NCBI GenBank assembly: GCA_040954595.2
Contig: CM082598.2
Location: 1,364,001-1,428,000 of the forward strand
DNA from: Balanoglossus misakiensis
Lineage: Eukaryota; Animalia; Hemichordata
DNA length: 64,000 nucleotides
Direction of reading: 5' to 3'
The notes below the pieces were generated by a model. That model was not told the origin of the DNA. It ran no database searches and saw nothing but the letters and a program-made list of their open reading frames with translations. Numbering within the stretch: the first letter of the stretch is position 1; each line of letters begins with the position of its first letter. Shown here piece after piece: positions 24,371 through 36,115 of this stretch. Made by a program: the position numbers and the translations under genes.

Positions 24371-24514
24371 TTAGAAAAAAAATAGCGCGCCGCGCTGCGG
24401 CGCAAAATTACCACACTTCACTCTCGCGGCAAAAACATAGCGCAGTCCGGCGTCGCGGCGCGTTGCGCCGCAGGCAAACATACCGCACTATCGCTATTTA
24501 GATTCATAACAGCA

Positions 24515-25170
24515 GGCACGTGGCGCGTCGCGGGGATGGGAAATTTAGATTCAAGACACCAGGCACGGGGGGGCGTCGCGGGGATGGGAAATTTAGATTG
24601 ATGACACCAGGCACGGGGGACGTCGCGGGGATGGGAAATTTAGATTGATCACACCAGGCACGGGGGGCGTCGCGGGGATGGGAAATTTAGATTGATGACA
24701 GCTGGCACGGGGGACGTCGCGGGGATGGGAAATTTAGATTGATGACAGCTGGCACGGGGGACGTCGCGGGGATGGGAAATTTAGATTGATGACAGCTGGC
24801 ACGGGGGACGTCGCGGGGATGGGAAATTTAGATTGATGACAGCTGGCACGGGGGACGTCGCGGGGATGGGAAATTTAGATTGATGACAGCTGGCACGGGG
24901 GACGTCGCGGTGATGGGAAATTTAGATTGATGACACCAGGCACGGGGGGCGTCGCGGGGATGGGGAAATTTAGATTGATGACACCAGGCACGGGGGGCGT
25001 CGCGGGGATGGGGAAATTTAGATTGATGACAGCTGGCACGGGGGACGTCGCGGGGATGGGAAATTTAGATTGATGACAGCTGGCACGGGGGACGTCGCGG
25101 GGATGGGAAATTTAGATTGAAGACACCAGGCACGGGGGGCGTCGCGGGGATGGGAAATTTACATTGATGG
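24515..25170 (+). repeat. 47-bp GC/CpG-rich minisatellite, ~14 copies
   Basis: ggcacgggggacgtcgcggggatgggaaatttagattgatgacagct. Confidence 0.95.
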
Positions 25171-25559
25171 GGGGGGGGGGCGGCGCGGGGAATTTTAGAT
25201 TGATGATAGAGGGCTGCAGCGCAGGGCAATTAAGATTGATGATAGAGGGGTGTCATATAGTGCAGTGAACTTAGATTGATGATAGCAGGGTAAGTTACGT
25301 GTATATAGTGCAGTGAACTTAGTTTAATAATAGGCATTGGTAGGGATAACTTAGATTACAGTGTCAGATGCTCATAACTGTCATCTGCTCATAAATAAAG
25401 GCTTTCTATTAAAAGTTCCCTTTTATCAATTACCAATAAGCCATACACTTAACTCAACTTAGACTAAGTTACCCCCCAATTAAAATCAACAAAGCTACCC
25501 ACTACATACACCTAAGTTGCCCCTATAATTAATCTAAGTTTCCCCCCACTACATACATC

Positions 25560-25995
25560 TACGTCTTAGTCTTGACCTAAGTCTAAAAACAGTCTAAGTC
25601 TTATGACCCAAAGTCTAACTGTTAGGACCCTGTCTTATGAGTCTAAAAAAAGTTTAAGTATAATGACCCTAGGTCTCAATAAAATCTAAGTCTTATGAGT
25701 CTAAGTCTATAAACAGTTTAATTCTAAAAAAGTCTAAGTCTCAAAAAATCTAAGTCTTATGACCCCAAGTCTTATGAGTCTAAGTCTAAAAACAGTCTAA
25801 GTCTTATGACCCAAAGTCTAAGTGTTAGGACCCTGTCTTATGAGTCTACAAAAAAGTTTAAGTATAATGACCCTAGGTCTCAATAAAATCTAAGTCTTAT
25901 GAGCCCAAGTCTTATGAGTCTAAGTCTAAAAACAGTTTAAGTCTAAAAAAAGTTTAAGTCTAAGTCTTATGACCCTAAGTCTCAAAAAATCTAAG
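25560..25995 (-). repeat. Inverted relative of the GACTTAG satellite
   Basis: tctaagtcttatgaccctaagtctcaaaaaa is the reverse complement of the 20.9-22.2 kb units. Confidence 0.85.
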
Positions 25996-28900
25996 TTACC
26001 CCTATCATAAATCTAAGTTCCCCCCACTACATACATCTAAGTTGCCCCCTATCATACATCTAAGTTGCCCCTATAATCTAAGTTCCCCCCACTACATACA
26101 TCTAAGTTACCCCTAAGTTACCCCCCTATCATAAATCTAAGTTGTCCCTATAATCTAAGTTCCCCCCACTACATACATCTAAGTTTCCCCTAACTTACCC
26201 CCCTATCATAAATCTAAGTTGCCCCTATAATCTAAGTTCCCCCCACTACATACATCTAAGTTACCCCCCTATCATAAATCTAAGTTGTCCCTATAATCTA
26301 AGTTCCCCCCACTACATACATCTAAGTTACCCCCCTATCATAAATCTAAGTTGCCCCTATAATCTAAGTTCCCCCCACTACATACATCTAAGTTACCCCC
26401 CTATCATAAATCTAAGTTGTCTCTATAATCTAAGTTCCCCCCACTACATACATCTCAGTTACCCCTCTATCATAAATCTAAGTTACCCCCTATCATAAAT
26501 CTAAGTTGCCCCTTTAATCTAAGTTACCCCCACTACATACATCTAAGTTACCCCCTATCATAAATCTAATTTGCCCCTATAATCTAAGTTACCCCCACTA
26601 CATACATCTAAGTTACCCCCCTACCATAAATCTAAGTTGTCCCTATAATCTAAGTTCCCCCCACTACATACATCTAAGTTACCCTTCTATCATAAATCTA
26701 AGTTACCCCCTATCATAAATCTAAGTTGCCCCTATAATCTAAGTTACCCCCACTACATACATCTAAGTTACCCCCCTATCATAAATCTAAGTTGCCCCTA
26801 TAATCTAAGTTCCCCCTACTACGTACACCTAAGTTCCCCCCACTACATACATCTAAGTTACCCCCCTATCATAAATCTAAGTTGTCCCTATAATCTAAGT
26901 TCCCCCTATCATAAATCTAAGTTGCCCCTATAATCTAAGTTACCCCCCTATCATAAATCTAAGTTGCCCCTATAATCTAAGTTCCCCCCATTACATACAT
27001 CTAAGTTACCCCTAAGTTACCCCCTATCATAAATCTAAGTTCCCCCCACTACGTACATCTAAGTTACCCCTATCATAAATCTAAGTTGCCCCTATAATCT
27101 AAGTTCCCCCCACTACATACATCTAAGTTACCCCCCTATCATAAATCTAAGTTGTCCCTATAATCTAAGTTCCCCCCACTACATACATCTAAGTTACCCC
27201 CCTATCATAAATCTAAGTTGCCCCTATAATCTAAGTTCCCCCCACTACATACATCTAAGTTACCCCCCTATCATAAATCTAAGTTGTCTCTATAATCTAA
27301 GTTCCCCCCACTACATACATCTCAGTTACCCCTCTATCATAAATCTAAGTTACCCCCTATCATAAATCTAAGTTGCCCCTTTAATCTAAGTTACCCCCAC
27401 TACATACATCTAAGTTACCCCCTATCATAAATCTAATTTGCCCCTATAATCTAAGTTACCCCCACTACATACATCTAAGTTACCCCCCTACCATAAATCT
27501 AAGTTGTCCCTATAATCTAAGTTCCCCCCACTACATACATCTAAGTTACCCTTCTATCATAAATCTAAGTTACCCCCTATCATAAATCTAAGTTGCCCCT
27601 ATAATCTAAGTTACCCCCACTACATACATCTAAGTTACCCCCCTATCATAAATCTAAGTTGCCCCTATAATCTAAGTTCCCCCTACTACGTACACCTAAG
27701 TTCCCCCCACTACATACATCTAAGTTACCCCCCTATCATAAATCTAAGTTGTCCCTATAATCTAAGTTCCCCCCTATCATAAATCTAAGTTGCCCCTATA
27801 ATCTAAGTTACCCCCCTATCATAAATCTAAGTTGCCCCTATAATCTAAGTTCCCCCCATTACATACATCTAAGTTACCCCTAAGTTACCCCCTATCATAA
27901 ATCTAAGTTCCCCCCACTACGTACATCTAAGTTACCCCTATCATAAATCTAAGTTGCCCCTATAATCTAAGTTCCCCCCACTACATACATCTAAGTTACC
28001 CCCCTATCATAAATCTAAGTTGCCCCTATAATTAATCTAAGTTCCCCCCACTACGTACATCTAAGTTACCCTCCTATCATAAATCTAAGTTGCCCCTATA
28101 ATCTAAGTTCCCCCCACTACGTACACCCTTATCATAAATCTAAGTTGCCCCTATAATCTAAGTTCCCCCCACTACATACATCTAAGTTTCCCCTAACTTA
28201 CCCCCTTATCATAAATCTAAGTTGCCCCTATAATCTAAGTTCCCCCTACTACGTACACCTAAGTTCCCCCCACTACATACATCTAAGTTACCCCTAAGTT
28301 ACCCCCCTATCATAAATCTAAGATGCCCCTATAATCTAAGTTCCCCCCCCCTATCATAAATCTAAGTTGCCCCTATAATCTAAGTTACCCCCCTATCATA
28401 AATCTAAGTTGCCCCTATAATCTAAGTTCCCCCCATTACATACATCTAAGTTACCCCTATCATAAATCTAAGTTACCCCTATAATTAATCTAAGTTCCCC
28501 CCACTACGTACACCTAAGTTCCCCCCACTACATACATCTAAGTTACCCTCCTATCATAAATCTAAGTTGCCCCTATAATCTAAGTTCCCCCCACTACATA
28601 CATCTAAGTTACCCCCTTATCATAAATCTAAGTTGCCCCTATAATCTAAGTTACCCCCTTATCATAAATCTAAGTTGCCCCTATAATCTAAGTTCCCCCC
28701 ACTACATACATCTAAGTTACCCCCCTATCATAAATCTAAGTTGCCCCTATAATCTAAGTTACCCCCCTATCATAAATCTAAGTTGCCCCTATAATCTAAG
28801 TTCCCCCCACTACATACATCTAAGTTACCCCCCTATCATAAATCTAAGTTGCCCCTATAATCTAAGTTCCCCCCACTACATACATCTAAGTTACCCCTAA

Positions 28901-31900
28901 GTTACCCCCCTATCATAAATCTAAGTTGCCCCCACTACGTACACCTAAGCTCCCCCCACTACGTACATCTAAGTTACCCCCTATCATAAATCTAACTTGC
29001 CCCTATAATCTAAGTTCCCCCCACTACGTACATCTAAGTTACCCCCCTATCATAAATCTAACTTGCCCCTATAATCTAAGTTCCCCCCCACTACGTACAC
29101 CTAAGTTACCCCCCTACCATAAATCTAAGTTGTCCCTATAATCTAAGTTCCCCCCACTACATACATCTAAGTTACCCCTCTATCATAAATCTAAGTTACC
29201 CCCTATCATAAATCTAAGTTGCCCCTATAATCTAAGTTACCCCCACTACATACATCTAAGTTACCCCCCTATCATAAATCTAAGTTGCCCCTATAATCTA
29301 AGTTCCCCCTACTACGTACACCTAAGTTCCCCCCACTACATACATCTAAGTTACCCCTAAGTTACCCCCCTATCATAAATCTAAGTTGTCCCTATAATCT
29401 AAGTTCCCCCCTATCATAAATCTAAGTTGCCCCTATAATCTAAGTTACCCCCCTATCATAAATCTAAGTTGCCCCTATAATCTAAGTTCCCCCCATTACA
29501 TACATCTAAGTTACCCCTAAGTTACCCCCTATCATAAATCTAAGTTCCCCCCACTACGTACATCTAAGTTGCCCCTATAATCTAAGTTCCCCCCACTACA
29601 TACATCTAAGTTACCCCCCTATCATAAATCTAAGTTGCCCCTATAATTAATCTAAGTTCCCCCCACTACGTACACCTAAGTTCCCCCCACTACATACATC
29701 TAAGTTACCCTCCTATCATAAATCTAAGTTGCCCCTATAATCTAAGTTCCCCCCACTACGTACACCTAAGTTCCCCCACTACATACATCTAAGTCACCCC
29801 CTTATCATAAATCTAAGTTGCCCCTATAATCTAAGTTCCCCCCACTACATACATCTAAGTTTCCCCTAACTTACCCCCTTATCATAAATCTAAGTTGCCC
29901 CTATAATCTAAGTTCCCCCTACTACGTACACCTAAGTTCCCCCCACTACATACATCTAAGTTACCCCTAAGTTACCCCCCTATCATAAATCTAAGATGCC
30001 CCTATAATCTAAGTTCCCCCCCCCTATCATAAATCTAAGTTGCCCCTATAATCTAAGTTACCCCCCTATCATAAATCTAAGTTGCCCCTATAATCTAAGT
30101 TCCCCCCATTACATACATCTAAGTTACCCCTATCATAAATCTAAGTTACCCCTATAATTAATCTAAGTTCCCCCCACTACGTACACCTAAGTTACCCCCA
30201 CTACATACATCTAAGTTACCCTCCTATCATAAATCTAAGTTGCCCCTATAATTAATCTAAGTTCCCCCCACTACGTACACCTAAGTTCCCCCCACTACAT
30301 ACATCTAAGTTACCCTCCTATCATAAATCTAAGTTGCCCCTATAATCTAAGTTCCCCCCACTACGTACACCTAAGTTCCCCCACTACATACATCTAAGTT
30401 ACCCCCTTATCATAAATCTAAGTTGCCCCTATAATCTAAGTTCCCCCCACTACGTACACCTAAGTTCCCCCACTACATACATCTAAGTTACCCCCTTATC
30501 ATAAATCTAAGTTGCCCCTATAATCTAAGTTCCCCCCACTACATACATCTAAGTTACCCCCCTATCATAAATCTAAGTTGCCCCTATAATCTAAGTTACC
30601 CCCCTATCATAAATCTAAGTTGCCCCTATAATCTAAGTTCCCCCCACTACATACATCTAAGTTACCCCCCTATCATAAATCTAAGTTGCCCCTATAATCT
30701 AAGTTCCCCCCACTACATACATCTAAGTTACCCCTAAGTTACCCCCCTATCATAAATCTAAGTTGCCCCTATAATCTAAGTTCCCCCCACTACGTACACC
30801 TAAGCTCCCCCCACTACGTACATCTAAGTTACCCCCCTATCATAAATCTAACTTGCCCCTATAATCTAAGTTCCCCCCACTACGTACATCTAAGTTACCC
30901 CCCTATCATAAATCTAACTTGCCCCTATAATCTAAGTTCCCCCCCACTACGTACACCTAAGTTACCCCCCTATAATTAATCCAAGTTCCCCCCACTACAC
31001 ACACCTAAGCTACTCCCCCTTGAATAAACTCAACTTAGACTAAGCTACCCCCCCATAATTAATCTAAGTTACCCCCCTATCATAAATCTAACTTGCCCCT
31101 ATAATCTAAGTTACCCCCTATAATTAATCTATGTTCCCCCCACTACATACACCTAAGCTATGATTAACCTAAGTTACCCCCCTATCATTAATATAACTTC
31201 CCCCCACTACATACACCTAAGTTACCCCCTATCATTAATCTACTTTCCTCCCACTACATACACCTAAGTTACCCCCCTATCATCAATCTAACTTGCCCCT
31301 ATAATCTACGTTCCCCCCACTACATACACCTAAGTTACCCCCTATCAGTAATCTAACTTACCCCTATAATCTTAAGTTCCCCCCACTACATACACCTAAG
31401 CTATGATTAATCTAAGTTGCCCCTAAGCAAAGCTCCCCCCTATAATTAATCTAAGTTACCCCCCTCAACATACACCTAAGCTATGATTAATCTAAGTTAC
31501 CACCACTACACACACCTAAGCTGCTCCCCCCTGAATAAACTCAACTTAGACTAAGCTACCCCCCCCATAATTAATCTAAGTTCCCCCCACTACATACACC
31601 TAAGTTATGATTAATCTAACTTGCCCCTATAATCTAAGTTACCCCCACTACATACACCTAAGCTAAGCTACCCCCACCTCAGCTTGTCCCCCCCCCTGAA
31701 TAAACTCAACTTAGACCAAGCTACCACCCCCCCTCTTGATTAAACTCAACTTAGTCTAAGCTACCACCCCCCCCCCTGACTAAACTCAACTTAGACTAAG
31801 CTACCCCCCCTGATTAAACTCGACTGTCCTAAGCTACACCCCCCTGAATAAACTCAACTTAGACTAAGCTACCCCCCAACTACACACACCTCAGCTGCTC

Positions 31901-32410
31901 CCCCCCTGAATAAACTCACCTTAGACTAAGCTACCCCCCAACTACACACACCTCAGCTGCTCCCCCCCTGAATAAACTCAACTTAGACTAAGCTACCCCC
32001 CAACTACACACACCTCAGCTGCTCCCCCCCTCAGCTGCTCCCCCCCTGAATAAACTCAACTTAGACTAAGCTACCCCCCAACTACACACACCTCAGCTGC
32101 TCCCCCCTGAATAAACTCAACTTAGACTAAGCTACCCCCCAACTACACACACCTCAGCTGCTCCCCCCCTCAGCTGCTCCCCCCTGAATAAACTCAACTT
32201 AGACTAAGCTACCCCCCAACTACACACACCTCAGCTGCTCCCCCCTGAATAAACTCTACTTAGACTAAGCTACCCCCCAACTACACACACCTCAGCTACA
32301 CCCCCCTGAATAAACTCAACTTAGACTAAGCTACCCCCCCCCTGAAATAACTCAACTTAGACTAAGCTACCCCCCAACTACACACACCTCAGCTTGTTCC
32401 CCCTGAATAA
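25995..32410 (+). repeat. C-rich modular satellite (CTAAGTT-led modules of ~18, ~24 and ~25 bp) with higher-order repeats; ~61-bp variant at 31690-32410
   Basis: Modules ctaagttgcccctataat, ctaagttcccccccactacatacat and ctaagttacccccctatcataaat. Confidence 0.95.
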
Positions 32411-33460
32411 CCTTAACTGTCATCTGCTCACAAATAAAGGGGTTCTATGAAAAGTTCACTTTTATCAATTGTCAATAAGCCATACAATTAACTTCTGCCC
32501 AAAATTTAGTTCATCAATTTTCTATCAAACTGTTCATTTAAATAGAAAGTGGAATCATGCAGAAATATATAATTGGAAACAAAATGTCTTTCAATTGACC
32601 AAACTTTGACCCGTACAAAACACTCCTAAAATTCATTCTTTGCCATCCCACTTCTTTCAAAATTGCACAGGAATCAATGACTGTAAGTACTGCAACTTTT
32701 CGTTCATTATCAGTGGAAAGACAGACAGCAGTTACAAGCCCTCAATGAACACCACACCACCACTGGCCCAAACTCATTCCAAAATGAAACATTCAAACAA
32801 TGTGCATACACAAAATCTATGTAAGAACGCTATAAGCCTAAACGAGCACAAAGAGCATCTTCATTTTTGACCATTCTATTGGGATATGAAACCCCACAAA
32901 GTACTTTATACAGCAAATGGATAAAGTTGTTTCCAAAAAAACAAGTTTGCCCAAACACCTGCAATTTACAACCCCACAGGATCCTGTAAATCAATTTTAA
33001 AATAGACACAGCTGGATTTTTATAATTTTGGAATGGTAAATAACAAAACAATCCTCAGAAATAGTCAAAAATCTTACCATTACTTCAAGAACTCTGACAA
33101 ATATCACTTCATACCCTCAAAGCAACTGCATATGTGGTTATAGTAATAATTTTTGACAAGAAAGAGACACAAAATCCAACAAATGTCACGTTCAAAAACA
33201 AAAAAACGGCATAATATAGTGCCACCTGATACGTCACTTCATTAGGTTAGAAGATAGTAACAAGGCACTAATAATTTCTATAAATGTGCTGTCATACAGG
33301 ACAAATGACAAGAATTTACTGCAATATCCATGTGTCTGCCAAGCTACCAGAATAAAATGAATTTTGACCAAAAAGAACAAAAGAAAACCTAATAGCAATT
33401 TCCATGAGTATCTCAAACAAATTTCATAGCTATCACGCAAAAAATTCCACAAAATTACCA

Positions 33461-34420
33461 AAAATTCTATTTGAAAATAAACAAACTAGGACGAAAATAT
33501 CCCTCCATCGCCTTACCCATTTCCAAAGTGATCGAGCCAGTGGTTTCACAAAACAGTCTTTGATCACCAAAAAAACCTCAAACAATTTAATACATTGCTG
33601 ATATTGGCACAAAACAACCAAATCTAACTTACATGAAAGCAATCTCACCATTTTCCCCTGCTCATATGCATACTTTTGTTTGCGTCATTTGATGGATGGG
33701 TCAAAGGTCAATAATTTAATAATTTGAAATCTTCTGCTAAAAGGGCAAGTATGTATGTCTTTTCATCAATCATTAGTGAACTTAACATTTCCCCAAACTG
33801 TGAAGTAATAAGTGACGTACCTTAATTCACTGCTCCATTGGACTTGAATACGGTACCATTCTCTATTTTTGTTTTTTTTTGCATTCATAACGTTCTGAGT
33901 AAAGAAAAGAAAAGGACTTTAATAGTCAAGTTAAAAATTCTATTTGAAAATAAACAAACTAGGACGAAAATATCCCTCCATCGCCTTACCCAATTCCAAA
34001 GTGATCGAGCCAGTGGTTTCACAAAACAGTTTTTGATCCCCCCCCAAAAAAACAAAAAAACTCAAACAATTCAATACATTGCTGATATTAGCACATAATA
34101 AACAAATCTAACTTTAATACATGAAATGCAAACATGAAAGCAATCTCACCATTTCCCCCTGCTCATATGCATACTTTTGTTTGTGTCATTTGATAGATGG
34201 GTCAAATTTAATAATTTGAAATCTTCTGCCAAAAGGGCAAGTATGTATGTCGTTTCATCAATCATGAGTGAACTTAACATTTCCCCAAACTGTGAAGTAA
34301 TAAGAGACGTACCTTAATTAGCTGCTCCTGTGAACTTGAAGACCATTCTCAATGTTTTTGTTTCTTTTTTACATTCATAACTTTACGTAAAGAAAAGAAA
34401 AGAAGGAGTTAGTCAAGTTA
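33461..34420. repeat. Two-copy tandem duplication, ~473-bp period
   Basis: aaaattctatttgaaaataaacaaactaggacg at 33461 and 33934. Confidence 0.9.
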
Positions 34421-34785
34421 ATTGACAGGCATTTACCCCCTGGGTAATACCATTATTTTAGGGGCAGTGAGGAATAAATGTGGGTGTGATAAGGGTGACA
34501 GTGTAACGTTTTGTTTGGGTATACTATATATTTAAAGTCACCATGCACTGACTACCAGAGTAGGTGCAGCCATCCCACATGTGCTATTGAATAGGCTGAA
34601 CATTGCACTGACATGTGTCAAAAAAGCTGTATTGGCCGTATATATTGCTGACAAAACATAGCCTTTTGATTTCCCCCAAAATATATTTTACTATACAAAC
34701 TATAAACAAATTCTGACTACATGTACTAAGTTTACATGTACATGGTTGACTAATATAAATGGACAATACAGAACCAGACAATAGA

Positions 34786-36115
34786 CGGAACAGCAACCCC
34801 AGATATTCAACCCCAGATACAGAAATCGGGCTGCATAATTTGTATCATTGTAGCTGATAGAACGATCGCGAAGGTCAAACCACAGCAGCGTTTTAAGCCG
34901 TTGTGGGTCTTTCTAATTCCCGTTGTCGATTACAAATACAAAGAACGGGAGGCCCGGGAAACATACCTCTTTGTTCATTTCAAAATTGCCGCCTTTTACT
35001 AGATTTTCCAACATGCACCCCAGATACAGAAATCGGGCTGCATAATTTGTATCATTGTAGCTGATAGAACGATCGCGAAGGTCAAACCACAGCAGCGTTT
35101 TAAGCCGTTGTGGGTCTTTCTAATTCCCGTTGTCGATTACAAATACAAAGAACGGGAGGCCCGGGAAACATACCTCTTTGTTCATTTCAAAATTGCCGCC
35201 TTTTACTAGATTTTCCAACATGCACCCCAGATACAGAAATCGGGCTGCATAATTTGTGTCATTGTAGCTGATAGAACGATCGCGAAGATCAAACCAGAGC
35301 AGCGTTTAAAATTAAGCCGTTATGGGTCTTTCTAATGGTTCCCGTTGTCGATTACAAATACAAAGAACGGGAGGCCCGGGAAACATACGTCTTTGTTCAT
35401 TTCAAAATGACCGTATTGTACTAGATTTTCCAACATGCACCCCAGATGCAGAAATCGGGCTGCAGAATTTGTGTCATTGTAGCTGATAGAACGATCGCGA
35501 AGATCAAACCAAAGCAGCGTTTAAGCCGTTATGGGTCTTTCTAATTCCCGTTGTCGATTACAAATACAAAGAACGGGAGGCCCGGGAAACATACGTCTTT
35601 GTTCATTTCGAAATTGCCGCCTTTTACTAGATTTTCCAACATGCACCCCAGATACAGAAATCGGGCTGCATAATTTGTGTCATTGTAGCTGATAGAACGA
35701 TCGCAAAGATCAAACCACAGCAGCGTTTAAAATTAAGCCGTTATGGGTCTTTCTAATTCCCGTTGTCGATTACAAATACAAAGAACGGGAGGCCCGGGAA
35801 ACATACCTCTTTGTTCATTTCAAATTTGCCGCCTTTTACTAAATTTCCCAACATGCACCGCACCCTACGTTAGAGCGCCCGCACACGGCAATTTGTCAAA
35901 ATCGGTTTCGCGGAACAGCAACCCCAGATATAGAATCGAGCTGAGGCCAACCTTTGCATAATTTATGTCATTGTAGCTGATAGAACGATCGCAGCGTTTA
36001 AGCGGTTATGGCTCTTTCTAATTCCCGTTGTCGGATAAAAAGAACAAGAAAGGGAAACATACCTGTTCGATCATTTCAAAATGGCCGCCTTGTACTAAAG
36101 TTCCCAACATGCATC
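34786..36115. repeat. ~207-bp tandem repeat, 5 full copies + 1 diverged
   Basis: ccccagat(a/g) unit starts at 34811, 35018, 35225, 35440, 35646 and 35922. Confidence 0.95.

Noticed and set aside
24121-24414. ORF encoding (KY)n
   Set aside because: Translation of the (TTATAC)n microsatellite from a GTG start; no coding evidence.
28926-29141. Pro-rich 71-aa ORF
   Set aside because: Chance stop-free stretch of the C-rich satellite.
24515-36115. CRISPR-like interpretation of the regular repeats
   Set aside because: No unique spacers, no cas genes, and the context is eukaryotic.
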